From contig OY729427.2 of the NCBI GenBank assembly GCA_963422375.2, positions 64,001-128,000 on the forward strand: a stretch of DNA of 64,000 bases, read 5' to 3'. The notes beneath the pieces are model-generated. The model made no database searches. It was not told the DNA's origin and was given only the letters and a program-made list of their open reading frames with translations. Of the stretch, positions 28,301-36,326 are shown piece by piece. This DNA is from Bryobacterales bacterium. Its GTDB lineage: Bacteria; Acidobacteriota; Terriglobia; Bryobacterales; UBA6623. How positions within the stretch are numbered: the stretch's first letter is position 1; each line of letters begins with the position of its first letter. A program made the translations under genes and the position numbers.

Positions 28301-30156
28301 AGGCCTTCGTGCAGGATCTCCGCTTGCGCCACGCGTCTCGGGGAATTTGTGAGCTTGCGGACCTGGTCCACGTAGTCGCCGGGCCAGATCCTGTGGAAGA
28401 ACTCGATGCGGTGCCCGTAGTCGTCCGTGACCCGGATCTCGTCTCCAGTAGCTAGGATTTTGCGGCCCTTCTCCTCGAGACCGAAGAAGTAGCGCGGCTC
28501 GCCCGTGTCGCGCCAGGCGCGCTCGAGAATCTCGGCGGCGAACTTGAAGACCACGTTCGGCCCGAAGTTCGAGCCGCGCCCCGCGGCGTTGATCCCTTTC
28601 GGGTCCGCAGTCTGCAGAACGTAGTTGGCGGTGCGCCGTTGCCACTGCGCATGCAGCCGCTTGGGCCGGAATGAGCGCTCGTGCAGGACGATGTTGCGGC
28701 CCGCGACCCGCGTCCCGGCCGGCCCGTCGCCCAGGTCGTTGGGAGCGACGCTGGTGTTCACCGCGGCGTCTTCGAGCTCGTTGGTCAGCCGCAGCGATTC
28801 GTACATCGTGTTGACGAGACGGCGGTAGTTCTGCTCGACGCCCGCGGGGCCGTAGCCGCTGCGGAAGGCGTCGGCCACGCCCCAGATCCCGCTCTGGGTG
28901 TGGCAGCTCATGCAGTTCTCGCCGAAGAGGGCCGTGGCGTCGCGCACGCGCCGGTGCAGGGCGATGTTGCGCGGGCGGTGGATGAGCCAAGCGTCGATCT
29001 CGGCCAAGTGGTAATAGACGCCCTGCTTGACCGCCTTGACCGGATCGTCGTACGGAGCGGGGTCGAACAGCCGGACCTGCAGCTCGTAGTGCGGCTGGTT
29101 GGCCTCGACGCGCAGGTAGTAGGTCTCGCCCGGCTCGACCCTGCGGGTGACGAAGGTGCGGAAGGAGCGGTCCTGCTGGTGGGCGCGCTCGTTGAGAGCG
29201 CGGCCCTCCTCGTAGGTGTAGACGGGCACCGGGCCGGGCACGACCGTGGCCGGCGGATGCACGTAGGGGACCGGGTTGAAGTTGGCGAAGTCGTAGCTGT
29301 TCGGCAGCTTGCGCTCCCGCAGCTCCTCCTCGCTGGGCTCGCCTTCCTTGTAGAAGCGAATCCGGGAGCTCACCACGGGCTCGACCAGCTGCAGGTTGGC
29401 GCTGAGGAACCTCGGCACGCTGCCCGCGTATTCGATGCGGTACCAGTCGTCGGGCGCCTGGCCAGTGCGCGTGTTGTTGTAGTACTCGATGTCGTCCGAG
29501 CCGCCGACGACGTACAGGACGCCCTCGCCACCGGCATCGGAGAACTCGAGGGGGACCGCCTGCTCGGGGGCATTGTTCGGCTCGGCCTCGAGGACCAGCG
29601 AGCCGCTCGCCAAGGATTCGAGCGGCGACACCTCGACTCGTATTCCGACCGATTCGACGGCAGGAGTGATCGTCGGCAGGGGGGTGGCAAGCGGGGCCAG
29701 CCCGGTGTCGTGGGGGACCTCGCCCACCGGTTGCGGGCGATTCTCGACCGTCCGGAGCCGCAAGGCGTACTCGCCGTCCACGGGCGCCCGGTAGACCAAG
29801 TAGAGATCCGGGTCGAGCGCATGCAGCGTCTTGAACCAGTCGGACGTGGCCGCGATGCCCGGCTCGCCGCGGTCCCCCTCGAAGGCGAGGCCGGGCAGGT
29901 CGGGGCCGTCCCAAGTCGCCTCGATGCGGGCGTTGGGCAGAAGCGCCGACGGGCGCTCGATGCGGACGCCGATCTCCAAGGCGTCGCCTGCGGCGAGCGA
30001 CCAGGAGCGGCTCCAAGCGCCGTCGAAAAAGACCGTCTCGCCCGGCTCCTCGACGGCGGCGAGCGCCGGGCGAAGGCTGGGCAGCAGGCACAAGCCGAGG
30101 AGCCATGCAGGGACGAGGGGCGCGGCCCACCCTCGCGGCAGCATCATTCGTCGCAT
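25354..30156 (-). CDS. 1600-aa secreted multidomain protein: PPC-like, CxxCH, prenyltransferase/squalene-cyclase-like repeats, HEAT repeats, beta-sandwich, CxxCH
   Basis: Signal peptide; EAEPNN; CMSCH; LQRDDGGWGF and NQYPYGLW; LDDPVKSCREAAFWSL; VPAAGRYEL..LDYLKL; CISCH. Confidence 0.8.
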   Translation of the reverse strand: MRRMMLPRGWAAPLVPAWLLGLCLLPSLRPALAAVEEPGETVFFDGAWSRSWSLAAGDALEIGVRIERPSALLPNARIEATWDGPDLPGLAFEGDRGEPGIAATSDWFKTLHALDPDLYLVYRAPVDGEYALRLRTVENRPQPVGEVPHDTGLAPLATPLPTITPAVESVGIRVEVSPLESLASGSLVLEAEPNNAPEQAVPLEFSDAGGEGVLYVVGGSDDIEYYNNTRTGQAPDDWYRIEYAGSVPRFLSANLQLVEPVVSSRIRFYKEGEPSEEELRERKLPNSYDFANFNPVPYVHPPATVVPGPVPVYTYEEGRALNERAHQQDRSFRTFVTRRVEPGETYYLRVEANQPHYELQVRLFDPAPYDDPVKAVKQGVYYHLAEIDAWLIHRPRNIALHRRVRDATALFGENCMSCHTQSGIWGVADAFRSGYGPAGVEQNYRRLVNTMYESLRLTNELEDAAVNTSVAPNDLGDGPAGTRVAGRNIVLHERSFRPKRLHAQWQRRTANYVLQTADPKGINAAGRGSNFGPNVVFKFAAEILERAWRDTGEPRYFFGLEEKGRKILATGDEIRVTDDYGHRIEFFHRIWPGDYVDQVRKLTNSPRRVAQAEILHEGLRERAALDLQRLLVLQRDDGGWGFDPGRSGPAGKWLRPPDDHSYPAATAVALIALEAAGRRADDPVVADGVRWMLRNQYPYGLWNAAAATGFVTSAYAIRALSRLHPIQPAPDDSPVTLADEDPFLAALAKVRAAQARGDSRHASLLIEAARSPRPQIRLYGLLGLGGALVREAVPTLVEHLDDPVKSCREAAFWSLRQLLLDGVGWDAVFPAFREGSDRTRQSVLQALVTRAHLPGSGVDVDLSELAALLTAGMVDSHPGVRAYAFKAAWHWWVWNPPMREPISRAWMDALLRDEKEAHVEMALRYSTISLFVVNGQVNNITGGKYLDQQYTELSDLYRDLDGWREGAPPADRRRLDRRLVAMAASHYMERANQQSPGQFAYSTPGATELYGKAVLSIYRNETDGPIPWKTIALEGARNITHKPLQDAILGLLLAADPASVAIAARALSNPGELSLPARRESLEPLLRVMRQFSRRGQRKDADGVANFLARVRWDFEGVDAAQEEAFYRLLLGLEDSGRASLEGVPRGLAGEPAPSSRAEPAEDAYAPLVARILGENRSLHRREAFEQLAGDPRLWLDSTEWMLAFRDGDATVEEAVEGAVEAEELEVAELTFGRTTEQMISGGIASNNGALIWEEGKVGAHVSFALHVPAAGRYELLGAFLYGASHGTVEMSIGGQPVLEEVDFFRPDMTSTGPMPLGAFNLEEGRALFTVKMLGTNPEAEPEFKFGLDYLKLTPREGPQTLFTKDERGLDVIDPIMAAKARVVQMFVNWFSAGVPLETRLFAAKLAGSPSLRRNPEVRKAVAAHVQRETDPSIQVRLNNLLASDEAQFGSELRKLIASGSSDRTESTGRRLEASDEFVADILHFRDHAFAEMNRISDRDDKACISCHGVPGRVPTLYLNAPDSAGHIGAAELLANYRKLQARVDLAEPESSLLLRKPLNVQTGQEEGHQGGLRYEPEDEGFRVLREWVLKQAAMQADGA

Positions 30157-30321
30157 CAGACTGGCTGCATTCTATTACGGATGGGGGGGTGCCGGAACAG
30201 GAATCCGTCTCCGCGCGACCGGCCGCACTCTCACCGAGCTCCCATGCCCGCGATGCGCGACGGGGCCGGCGGTGCAGTGCTCCCGGCGGCGGCCGACGCG
30301 TGCGCTAGACTTGCTCGCGCT

Positions 30322-32091
30322 ATGACCGTCCGACTCATCGCCGCCTTCGCCGCGTTCAGCCTGCTAGCCCACGCACGCGTCGACGAGAACGTCGTCTACG
30401 CGATGCGGGGCGGCCTCGCGATGCTGATGGACGTGCATTACCCGGAGCGGTCGAACGGTTTCGGGATCGTGTTCATCCCCGGCAGCGGCTGGCACGCGCC
30501 TATGAGATACGACGCAGCGCCCCTCAAGGCGTCGGGCTTCGCGAGGCTCTACGTTCCGCCCTTGACGGAGGCCGGTTTCACGGTCTTCGTCATCAATCAC
30601 CGGGCCGCGCCTCGGTACGGCTACCCGCTGCCGCTGGAGGACGCCCAGCGCGCCGTGCGCTTCGTGCGCCGGCACGCCGCCCGCTTCGGCATCGAGGCCG
30701 CGCGCGTCGGCGGCGTGGGAGGCTCGTCAGGCGGGCACCTGATCAGCATGCTCGGGGTTCTCGACGGCGATGGCCGCAGCTCCGACCCGGATCCCGTGGA
30801 GCGCGAGAGCGCGAAGCTGCAGGCCGTTCTGGCCCGGGCCGCTCCCACGGATCTGACCCGTTTCGTCGGTCGCTTCTCGAGCGCTTCGTTGTCCTCGCTG
30901 CTGGGGCTGCGACTCGGCGGGCGCGATGGCCCGGCGAGCCTCGAGTACCGCACGTACCGGCGGGCTTCGCCGGCGGCATACGTCACGCCGGACGATCCGC
31001 CGTTCCTCCTGCTGCACGGCACGGCGGACGACCGCGTGCCGTACCACCAGTCCGTGGACTTCGCCGCCCGGCTCGCGGCGGACGGCATCGAGGCGGAGCT
31101 GATGACAATTGATGGCGGCGGGCACGGACCGTCCTTCGGGGGGGCCGAGAGCCCGCCGGACTACCTGGGCGCGATGGTGCGCTTCTTCAACGCCAAGCTG
31201 TCCGGCGGTGCGGCCGCGGGCAGGAAGCCGCCAGAGCTTTTCGCGCGCGACGAGCGCGACGAGCGCGACGTCCCGTTCGGCATGGTTTCCGGCGGGGCGC
31301 TGCTGATGGACGTCTACCGCCCGGAGAGCCCCAACGGGTACGGAATCGTCCATATCACGGGCAGTGGCTGGCATTCCCCGCTCGCGGCGAACGCCGCGCA
31401 GCAGAAGGCCAGCAGGCAGGTCGAGGTCTTCGGCCTGCCGCTAGTCCGGGCCGGCTACACGGTCTTCGCGGTGAACCACCGCACGGCACCGCTGAACAAG
31501 TACCCCGCGCAGCTGGAGGATGTCGAGCGCGCCGTGCGGTACGTGCGGCATCACGCCAAGCGCTGGGGCATCTCGGCCGAGCGGATCGGCGGGGTCGGCG
31601 GCTCGTCCGGAGGCCACCTCACGCTGATGCTCGGGCTGCGACCGTCGCCCGGCGAGGCGGGCGACGCGGACCCCGTGAACCGCGAGAGCGCCCGGCTGCA
31701 GGCCATCGTGCCTTGGGCGCCGCCGACGGATCTCGCGCTGGCCAACGGAATGTACGGAAGCGGCACGTTCGCGTCGCTGTTCGGGATGCGCCTGCTGGCG
31801 CGCGATCCCGAGACCTCGCCGCAGTTCCGGGCCATGCACGAGGCGTCGCCGATCCATCACGTGTCGGCCGACGCCCCGCCGACGCTGCTGATTCACGGGG
31901 ACGCGGACGCGGTCGTTCCCATGGAGCATGCCGAGATGCTGGCGAAAGCGATGAAGGCGACGGGCGCGACGACGGAGGTGCTGGTCATCCCCGGCGGCGG
32001 CCACGGCGCCCTGTTTCCCGGGAAGGCCACCGACGCTCCCGATTACGTGGCGGCCACGGTGGCCTGGTTCGACCGGCATCTGCGGAACTGA
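30322..32091 (+). CDS. Secreted tandem two-domain alpha/beta hydrolase (HSL/BD-FAE-like)
   Basis: Two GGSSGGHL, two HG(T/D)AD..VP, two GGGHG; signal peptide from ATG 30322. Confidence 0.88.
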   Translation: MTVRLIAAFAAFSLLAHARVDENVVYAMRGGLAMLMDVHYPERSNGFGIVFIPGSGWHAPMRYDAAPLKASGFARLYVPPLTEAGFTVFVINHRAAPRYGYPLPLEDAQRAVRFVRRHAARFGIEAARVGGVGGSSGGHLISMLGVLDGDGRSSDPDPVERESAKLQAVLARAAPTDLTRFVGRFSSASLSSLLGLRLGGRDGPASLEYRTYRRASPAAYVTPDDPPFLLLHGTADDRVPYHQSVDFAARLAADGIEAELMTIDGGGHGPSFGGAESPPDYLGAMVRFFNAKLSGGAAAGRKPPELFARDERDERDVPFGMVSGGALLMDVYRPESPNGYGIVHITGSGWHSPLAANAAQQKASRQVEVFGLPLVRAGYTVFAVNHRTAPLNKYPAQLEDVERAVRYVRHHAKRWGISAERIGGVGGSSGGHLTLMLGLRPSPGEAGDADPVNRESARLQAIVPWAPPTDLALANGMYGSGTFASLFGMRLLARDPETSPQFRAMHEASPIHHVSADAPPTLLIHGDADAVVPMEHAEMLAKAMKATGATTEVLVIPGGGHGALFPGKATDAPDYVAATVAWFDRHLRN

Positions 32092-32131
32092 GCGCCTGTC
32101 GGCGGCCTGCGAGCCGACGCGGCCCGTCCGG

Positions 32132-33436
32132 CTAGCGAGCGGGTACGGTGCCGGCGTCGGAGGACGCGATGACGCGCAGCTTGCGCCATTCGTAGAGCTT
32201 GCGGGTGACGAGATCCGCCAAGGCCCTATCCTTCGAGAGCGACAGGTAGGCGGCGTAGGCCTTGGCGGCCCGAGCGTACTCCAGGCGGCCCTCTTGGACC
32301 AATCCCAGGACAGCGTGGCTCTTGGGCCAGCGGTCCATTTCGCCCAGTGCGGCGAGGGCACTCACGCGTTCCTCGGCAAGATCAAGGTTGCCGAGGTTCG
32401 CGGCGGCCGCGGCGCTCATGTAGAGGATCATGGGCGCCTCGGGCGAGAGCGCCAGATACCGCTCGGTCAGCCACTCGACCTCCTCCCAGTTCTGATCCGT
32501 CATTTCGATCCGGATCAACCGCTGGTAGGGGGGCAGGAAGGCGGCGTCGGCGTTGACCGAACGGATGAACGCCTGCATCGCTCCGCCCTCGTTGCCAAGT
32601 TCCCAGCGCGTCTCGCCCAAGGCGTGCCAGGCGGCAGCGAATCCGGGATAGGCCTCGACCGCGCGCTCGAACCGCGACTGGGCCCTCTGGAAGTCGGGCC
32701 AGTCCTTGCGTAGCGCCTTCAATCCGCTGCCGAAGGCATTGCGCGCCTCTTCCGGCGCCTGCGCCGTCGTAGCGCTCGCAGGGCTGCGGGGGAAGCCTTC
32801 GAGCGGACGGAGAATGACCGTGCCGAGCTCGATGCGGGGATGGTGGGCCACGAGAGTAAACCGGTCGCCCCAGATGTGCCCCGCCGGCACGAAATCGGAG
32901 AGGTAGCCCTCCAGCGTGGCGCTCACCGCGCAGGGGGGCATGTACTCCGCCTCGTTCACCGCGAGCCTGATCAGTCCGTCCGGCTGGCCGCCGGCGCTCT
33001 TGACCCGCGCCGCCAAGTCGGGATGCAGCTGCGGCTTGAATCCGAAATAGCCGCTCGGCTGGGCAGGTCCCTCCGCTCGGGCCTCGCCCTCGCAATGCAG
33101 GACCACCCTTGCGCCGGCCGGAGGAGATTCCCCGCCTCCCAGCACCACCCGGCCCGACATTCGCTCGACAGCGAACCATCCTTCGAACTTGGGCTTGCAG
33201 TCCGCCGAGAACGCGTCCAAGTGGCTGCAGGGCTGCCCAGCGCTGGGCATTGGGATCGCGCTGAGCGGCGAAGCGGACTCCGCGGAGGTCTCGTCGCGGG
33301 ACGGGGAGACCACGATCTGCTCGACGCGACGGTTTCGAGCTTCCTCCGGCGCGATGGCAGGGGCCTGGGCCGACAGCCCGCTGCAGCCGACCGTCAGGCA
33401 CGACGCGAGAAAGCCGATCTGGCAAACGGACAGCAC
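32132..33436 (-). CDS. Secreted tetratricopeptide-repeat protein
   Basis: FERAVEAYPGFAAAWHALGE and following TPR-like helices; N-terminal beta domain. Confidence 0.75.
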   Translation of the reverse strand: MLSVCQIGFLASCLTVGCSGLSAQAPAIAPEEARNRRVEQIVVSPSRDETSAESASPLSAIPMPSAGQPCSHLDAFSADCKPKFEGWFAVERMSGRVVLGGGESPPAGARVVLHCEGEARAEGPAQPSGYFGFKPQLHPDLAARVKSAGGQPDGLIRLAVNEAEYMPPCAVSATLEGYLSDFVPAGHIWGDRFTLVAHHPRIELGTVILRPLEGFPRSPASATTAQAPEEARNAFGSGLKALRKDWPDFQRAQSRFERAVEAYPGFAAAWHALGETRWELGNEGGAMQAFIRSVNADAAFLPPYQRLIRIEMTDQNWEEVEWLTERYLALSPEAPMILYMSAAAAANLGNLDLAEERVSALAALGEMDRWPKSHAVLGLVQEGRLEYARAAKAYAAYLSLSKDRALADLVTRKLYEWRKLRVIASSDAGTVPAR

Positions 33437-33729
33437 GTTCGCAGAGGCCGATCAGAACGGCAGTTCAGCATACCAGCAGATCCCGTTCGGGCACCCGCCA
33501 AGCAGAGGACTGGCAGCTGCCGTGGCGAAGCGGTCGGGACAGCGCGGGCGGCGCTCGTCGCAGAATCCCGGAGACGGGCTTGAGGCCTAGCACCCGCTAA
33601 GCCGTCACGCTCGCAATCGGAGCTGAGAAGGCTCCCTTGGGATTCCGGACCCTCACTCTGACCTCGGCAGTCTAGTCGAACCGGTCAGCCCTTGGTCCTC
33701 GATCTATTCGACTCGTGCTCGTTGCTCGC

Positions 33730-34185
33730 CTAACGGCCGATGCAAGCCTCGTCCATCTCCTGGGGACGGGAGAACGGCTCTCCCCGCATGACCCAAGTCT
33801 CGCGGATGCGATGCGCGAGGAACCGAGCCGTCCTCCTGGTCTCGCCTAGGTCTCGGTGGATCTTCGTGCTTGACGGTCCCTTCGGACCGGTCGAGAGTAG
33901 GTACAGCGCGATCACCCAGGTCTGGAGACCGCGCTTGGAGTTAGGCATGAGCGTTCGGGTCTTGGCCGAGAAGTCCTTGCGGCAGTCGCGGCAGCGGTAC
34001 GGCTGCGGTTTGCGCGTCGGTCGCTCCTGCACATCCTGCGATCTGCATTCCGGGCAGCACACAGCAGCAGGCCAGCGGTTGCTGACGAACCGTTCCTCGG
34101 CCGCCGCATCGTCCGGGAACATCCGCGTGATGTCCACGAGCGGGAGCCCAGCGCGCTCATGGCGTCCGCATGCCTTGTGTGTCAA
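33730..34185 (-). pseudogene. Old IS1595-family transposase 5' fragment
   Basis: MFPDDAAAEE..RWP..CPEC..PYRCRDC..HRDLG..LAHRIRETW..EMDE. Confidence 0.8.
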
Positions 34186-34338
34186 CTTCTAGTACTCTGT
34201 TCACCCTCGACGTGGCTGCGTGCAAGTTGAGTCTTGGGTCGCCCCCTCCCGTTGATCCCCAAACAAGTCCACTGTATTATGGATCAAACGGACGGATTCC
34301 GACAGCGAGAGCGAGAGGAACCGATCTTGGCCCTCAAT

Positions 34339-34380
34339 CAGCTACGACAGTACTGCTTGCAGCTACGACAGTACTGCTTG
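34339..34380. repeat. Perfect 21-bp tandem duplication
   Basis: CAGCTACGACAGTACTGCTTG x2. Confidence 0.9.
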
Positions 34381-34488
34381 GTGCGTGGCGCGGTCCTTCG
34401 AGGGCCTCAGAACGAGTCCGGCGGTCAGCGGGGACGCTGCAAGCGGTCCAGCCTCGCCCAAGCTGGCGACCGCGGGCTTGACCCGGTG

Positions 34489-35832
34489 ATGCGGTCAGCG
34501 CGGCAAGGTGCGGCTTGGCTCCTACTCGCGCTAGCCACAGGGGTCGTTCCGGCTCAGGAGCAAGACGCCGCAACAGACATTGGCGTCCAGGCCGACGAGC
34601 ATGGGACAGGCGAAGCGCCGGCCATTCCGAGTTGGCTATCGCTCGGAGGCGAGTTCCGAACTCGCTTCGAGAGTCGCGAAGCACTGGGTTATCTCAACGG
34701 CAGCGACGACGGCTATGCCTTGGTCCGCACCCGCGTGGACATAGGAATCGATGCAGCCGAATGGCTGCAATTCGGTTTTCAAGGCCAAGATTCGCGGGCG
34801 CCGGCGCTTCGCGAGAGCGTAGGGAGGCTCGGAGCCTTCGAGGACGGCTTCGACGTGCGCCAGGCGTACGCCAGGATCGGCGGCTCGAAATCCCCGGTCA
34901 GGGTCACGGTCGGGCGACAGCTGCTCTCCTACGGCGACCAGCGACTGCTAGGCGCGCAGGACTGGTCGAACACTTCGCGAGAGTTCGACGCCGTGAAGCT
35001 GGAACTGCAGTCCGGACAGGCCAAAATCGACGTCTTCACGGCCTCGGTCGTGCAGAACGACCCGGGTCGGCGCATCAACCAATCTCTCGAGGGCAACAAC
35101 CTCCACGGAGTCTATGCGGCGCTGGGTGGAATCGTCCCGCAATCGACAATCGAGCCGTTCGTCCTCTGGCAGACGACCCCGCATTCAATGAACGAACTGC
35201 AGATGCGAGGCGGCCTGGACAGGTACACGGCCGGGGTCCGCATCTGGGGCGAGGGTCTCGGCCCATGGGACTACGATGCGGCATTCGTGCGCCAGACAGG
35301 CGACGTGGCAGATGCGCCGATCAAGGCGTGGGGCTACTACGGGGAACTGGGCTACGCCATCGACTCGACCGGGAAGCCCCGGCTTTACACGAAATACAAC
35401 TTCGGTTCCGGCGACTCCGACCCGAACGACGGCGTGACCGGCGGCTTTGTGGACGTCTACCCGAGCGCACACCGCTGGTACGGCTACAACGATCTAGTCG
35501 GCTGGCGCAATATCAGGAACCTGCAGCTCGGAGCCGAGGTCAACCCGCACAAGCGGCTGAGACTGCAGTTCGATTTCCACTCCTTCTGGCTGGTCAGCGC
35601 TCGGGACGCGCTGTACAACGTCGGGGGGCGGCTGTCCGTGGCTCCGCCGGAATCGGGGGCCGCCGACAAGAAAGTCGGGGACGAGGTGAACGCCACGTTC
35701 TCGCTACCGGTCAGTGACTCCGTCGGCGTCACTGGCGGAATCGGGTACATGTTTCCCGGTCCGTTCGTGAAGGCGAATTCGCCGGGGCACGGGAACACCT
35801 TTTCGTTTCTCGCCATCCAGGTCGGGTTCTGA
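34489..35832 (+). CDS. Alginate-export (AlgE-like) family outer-membrane beta-barrel
   Basis: WLSLGGEFRTRFE, DVRQAY, GRQLLSYGDQRL, FDAVKL, SGDSDPND, C-terminal Phe. Confidence 0.82.
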   Translation: MRSARQGAAWLLLALATGVVPAQEQDAATDIGVQADEHGTGEAPAIPSWLSLGGEFRTRFESREALGYLNGSDDGYALVRTRVDIGIDAAEWLQFGFQGQDSRAPALRESVGRLGAFEDGFDVRQAYARIGGSKSPVRVTVGRQLLSYGDQRLLGAQDWSNTSREFDAVKLELQSGQAKIDVFTASVVQNDPGRRINQSLEGNNLHGVYAALGGIVPQSTIEPFVLWQTTPHSMNELQMRGGLDRYTAGVRIWGEGLGPWDYDAAFVRQTGDVADAPIKAWGYYGELGYAIDSTGKPRLYTKYNFGSGDSDPNDGVTGGFVDVYPSAHRWYGYNDLVGWRNIRNLQLGAEVNPHKRLRLQFDFHSFWLVSARDALYNVGGRLSVAPPESGAADKKVGDEVNATFSLPVSDSVGVTGGIGYMFPGPFVKANSPGHGNTFSFLAIQVGF

Positions 35833-36326
35833 GAGGCATCCTCCGAGCGCGGGCTCGAATACGACCCTGTCGGCTCACCTTGTCCAGGCCTTGGCGCGAT
35901 TGCCGCTGACGGCAACGCTTCGAATCGATCCCGCAAGGCCGACGCGGATTCCCAGGCGGCTCCTCGCATCGACGGAGGGCGTGCCGAGTCAGCTTGTGGA
36001 GCTCACAATCAGGGCATCTATCCCGCGACGCAACGGGCACATTTCATGAGCCCTCGGCCACGGGCCCGACGGCGAATTGACTTGCGCGGGCTTGCAGCGA
36101 GAGGCACCGATATCGCAAGCAAGCCAAGGACGCGACGAAGGGTACTGTCACCGCGCCGAGGCGGCAGCGCACGCCTGCCCGCGTAATGCCCAGCCTCTAC
36201 TCGGCGAGAACTTAACCCCGCGAAAGTTGCCGCACATCCCCAGGGATTTCGGGTGTGCGCTCTTCAAGGCTGCCGGCCCCGGATCAAGAGCCGCGCAGAC
36301 CGCCACGTTTCTCGCGCGCTGGATCG

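Noticed and set aside
28681..30321. N-terminal 547 aa of ORF 28681-32091, and other long overlapping ORFs (e.g. 17450-19834, 28229-30130, 40161-42149)
   Set aside because: Antisense or shifted shadows of real GC-rich genes; no motifs.
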